DNA of 63,973 bases, the filler included, from Folioceros fuciformis (lineage: Eukaryota), in NCBI GenBank assembly GCA_049999805.1. It is 8 parts of 8 records of this genome, joined end to end, with 100 filler letters (N's around TTAATTAATTAA, not from the genome) between each part and the next. Parts side by side here need not be neighbours in the genome. Positions count along the whole stretch, not along the records: positions 61,260 to 62,745 come from JBNGIO010002956.1; positions 62,846 to 63,973 come from JBNGIO010002960.1; 6 more parts are not named here. One strand, written 5' to 3'. Below the pieces are notes generated by a model that saw nothing but the letters and a program-made list of their open reading frames with translations, was not told the DNA's origin and ran no database searches. Numbering within the stretch: position 1 is the stretch's first letter; each line of letters opens with the position of its first letter. This document shows, in pieces, positions 61,260 through 63,973 of the stretch. The translations under genes were made by a program, and so were the position numbers.

Positions 61260-63973
61260 AAGGCAATGAGCTGAGATAGATCTTCTACTGTCAGCATCAG
61301 ATGCCCAGTCTGCGTCACAGTAGCAGGTGAGCAACAAGTTCTCAGGTCTTTTTGTATATAGTAATCCTAAATTTGGTGTGGTGCCGAGATAGCGTAGTAT
61401 CCGCTGTACAACATGCCAGTGAGCAGAACCATAATTCGACAGGAATTGTGAAGTAACTCCAATAGCATGTGAAAGTTCTGGACGTGTCCAATTCCTGAAG
61501 TATATGCATACTCCCACTGCCGACCTGTACGATACGGATTCCATTTCCTGCCTTTCTTTTTCTGTCTTAGGACATTGTGCAAGAGTTAGCTTATCTCCAA
61601 CAGCCATAAGCGTGGCTACTGGCTTTGCATGCTGCATTCTGAATCTAACCAGTGTTTGCTGAACAAACGTCGACAGATGTATAAATATTGTGTGTGTTGC
61701 AAGGTTTTGTAGGATCTGTATCCTAAGGAAGAATGTCAGCTGACCCAAGTCTGACATGGAGAACTCCGAGGTCTGAAAACCTTTTACTGTTGCCATGTGC
61801 TTTGGGCCACTGGCCATGATGACAGCGTCATCAACATATAAAGCAAGGTATACAACACCATCCTTGTCATGTAACTTATATACATTAGAGTCAGCCTCGC
61901 TTTGCACGAAGCCACATTTCTTCAAGTATGTATCGATGCGTTTATACCATTCTCTAGGGGACTGTTTAAGTCCATAGATAGTTTTGACAAGCTGACAGAC
62001 TTTCTGTGGGTGCTTAGGATCCACGTAACCTTCTGGCTGTTTCATATAAATAGTTTTTTCTAGTGTTCCATTCAGGAATGCCGTTTTGACGTCCATGTGC
62101 TGTAACAGGAAATCATGCTATGCGGCCAAGGCCAATAGTGCTCAAACAGATGTAGCCCTCACAACTGGGGAGAAGGTCTCGGTATAATCTAACCCTTCTA
62201 CTTGACTGTAGCCTCGTGCTACCAGTCGTGCTTTATATCGGGCTATGGACCCATCTGCTGCAAGCTAGGTCTTGAAGACCCATTTGCATGTAACAGCCTT
62301 CCTTCCTGCAGGGAGATCCTCGAGAACCCATGTTTTGTTATCCATAATGGATTTATATTCAGACTCAATGGCTTCTTTCCATTTCGTTCTATCAGGTGAG
62401 TTTATAGCCTCTTGATAAGACTGAGGTCTCCTGCATCCAAAGGATCTGCGTCCTCTTGTACTAGAAATGTTTTATATGTAAGTGGCGGCTGCTCCCACTC
62501 GTCAGGAGAAGAGGTATGAACCCAACTACTTCTTCTGAGTGTAGGTTCCTCAACTAATACACTTTACCCAGCAGCTTCAGTATGTTGCTGCTCTTCCTCA
62601 CCATCGCTTGCATTGTGCACAGAGTCCGAGGAGATTGGCTCATCATCGTCACTCTCATCGTTAGGAAACTCACTTGGTTCTTCATAATCATCCGACAAGT
62701 CAATATATGAAGGTGGTAGTTGAACCTGACTGGATGGTGGAGTAGNNNNNNNNNNNNNNNNNNNNNNNNNNNNNNNNNNNNNNNNNNNNTTAATTAATTA
62801 ANNNNNNNNNNNNNNNNNNNNNNNNNNNNNNNNNNNNNNNNNNNNAAAAACCTTGAGATGAAGCAAGCTGGGCCTCTTGCGCCAGTACACCTTGAAAGGA
62901 GTCCTCTGTGGAACTGAGCTGGTCAGCACCCTGTTGAGGATGTAGGTGGCTGCTACAACGGCTTCAGCCCAATAGCCTTGAGGTAAGCCTGCCCAAAGTA
63001 ACATGCTTCTGGTCATGCTAAGGAGCGTTTGATTCTTGCGTTCTGACACGCCATTTTGCTGGGGCGTGTAGGGAACAGTGAGTTGTCGCAAGATCCCAGC
63101 CTCCTGGAGAAGATTATCAAAGGATGAGTTAACAAACTCTGTCCCATCGTCGGTCCTGAGGATCTTCAGCAACTTGCCTGTTTGCCTCTGAGCAGTAAGG
63201 AGCTAGTCCTGAAAGTAGCTAAAGGTATCACTTTTAGCACGCATTGGAAAGGTCCATGTGTAGCGAATGTAATCATCTGTAAGGGTGAAAAAGTAGCGAG
63301 AGCCTCCAAGGGAGGGCTCATGGATTTTTCCAAATATATCGGTATGCACTAATTCCAGCACTTCTGTGGCTCTGTGTGCAGAGGCATTCAAAAAAGGTGA
63401 CTCCTTTTGTTTGGCTAGTATGACGACTCGCAGACAGGTAAATGCTTGAAGCATTTAGGAAGAGGCTCCTTGTGACATTCGGTGATAGATATATCAATGA
63501 GCTTAGCCCTATTAACGTGACCTAGTCTAGCGTGCCATAACACTGCCTCCTGTTGTGCACTAACTGTATTCATTGTGGTTGAGTGAGCGACAGGCTAGGG
63601 AACGACAGCAGGGCCGCAACTGATGTTCAACCGATACAGATCGTGATCTAAAATACCTTTGAAGACACATGTATCTGGGTATGCCTTTCTGTAGAAGGAG
63701 CAGTGGTTAGAATCAGCACGCATACAGAAGGTGCGAAGGCGGAGGAGCTGGCTCATGGACATGAGATTTTTAGCCATACTTGGGACATACAAGACATCAC
63801 TCAAACTAAGGTGTGTACCGTCATGCAGCCGAAATATGCAAGTACCTCTGCCATCAATGCGCAGACTGGTTGTACTTTGCTCGTCTCCGAGTAGCACCTT
63901 GTCACTAACATGACTAAGGTTAAGGATAGTAAACAACTCCCTGTCCTTGCAGATATGAGTCGTGGCTCCGGAA
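61260..63973 (-). mobile_element. Degenerate Ty1/copia pol (PR, IN, RT, start of RNase H), collinear across one spacer
   Basis: SGATTHIC, LELVHTDIFG, PQQNGVSERKN, MDVKTAFLNG, LALYVDD, YCDADWA. Confidence 0.93.

Overview
Repeat-rich land-plant nuclear DNA. The transposon families suggest a non-seed plant such as a fern or lycophyte, but this cannot be proven from the sequence. The window is eight segments joined by seven artificial 100-bp spacers (44 N + TTAATTAATTAA + 44 N). Most of it is nested, degenerate Ty1/copia LTR retrotransposons (Met-tRNAi PBS, short LTRs). It also holds solo LTRs, a Ty3/gypsy 3' end with a PHD finger, a TIR-bounded MULE/SWIM transposon, a truncated LINE, and several copies of an LTR-like unit carrying an ATHILA-ORF1-like coiled-coil ORF. 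The only clear host gene is a LAZ1/TMEM184-family gene (first two coding exons, 14322-15525). Two signals stand out. (1) Three separate copia elements each carry a two-exon ANTISENSE gene between RNase H and the 3' end, with a phase-1 spliceosomal intron; two of the proteins share an exactly spaced C-x2-C-x17-H-x3-C motif. (2) A degenerate bacterial-type beta-class N4C/N6A DNA methyltransferase lies at about 11.2-11.8 kb. All calls come from manual reading; no database searches were run.
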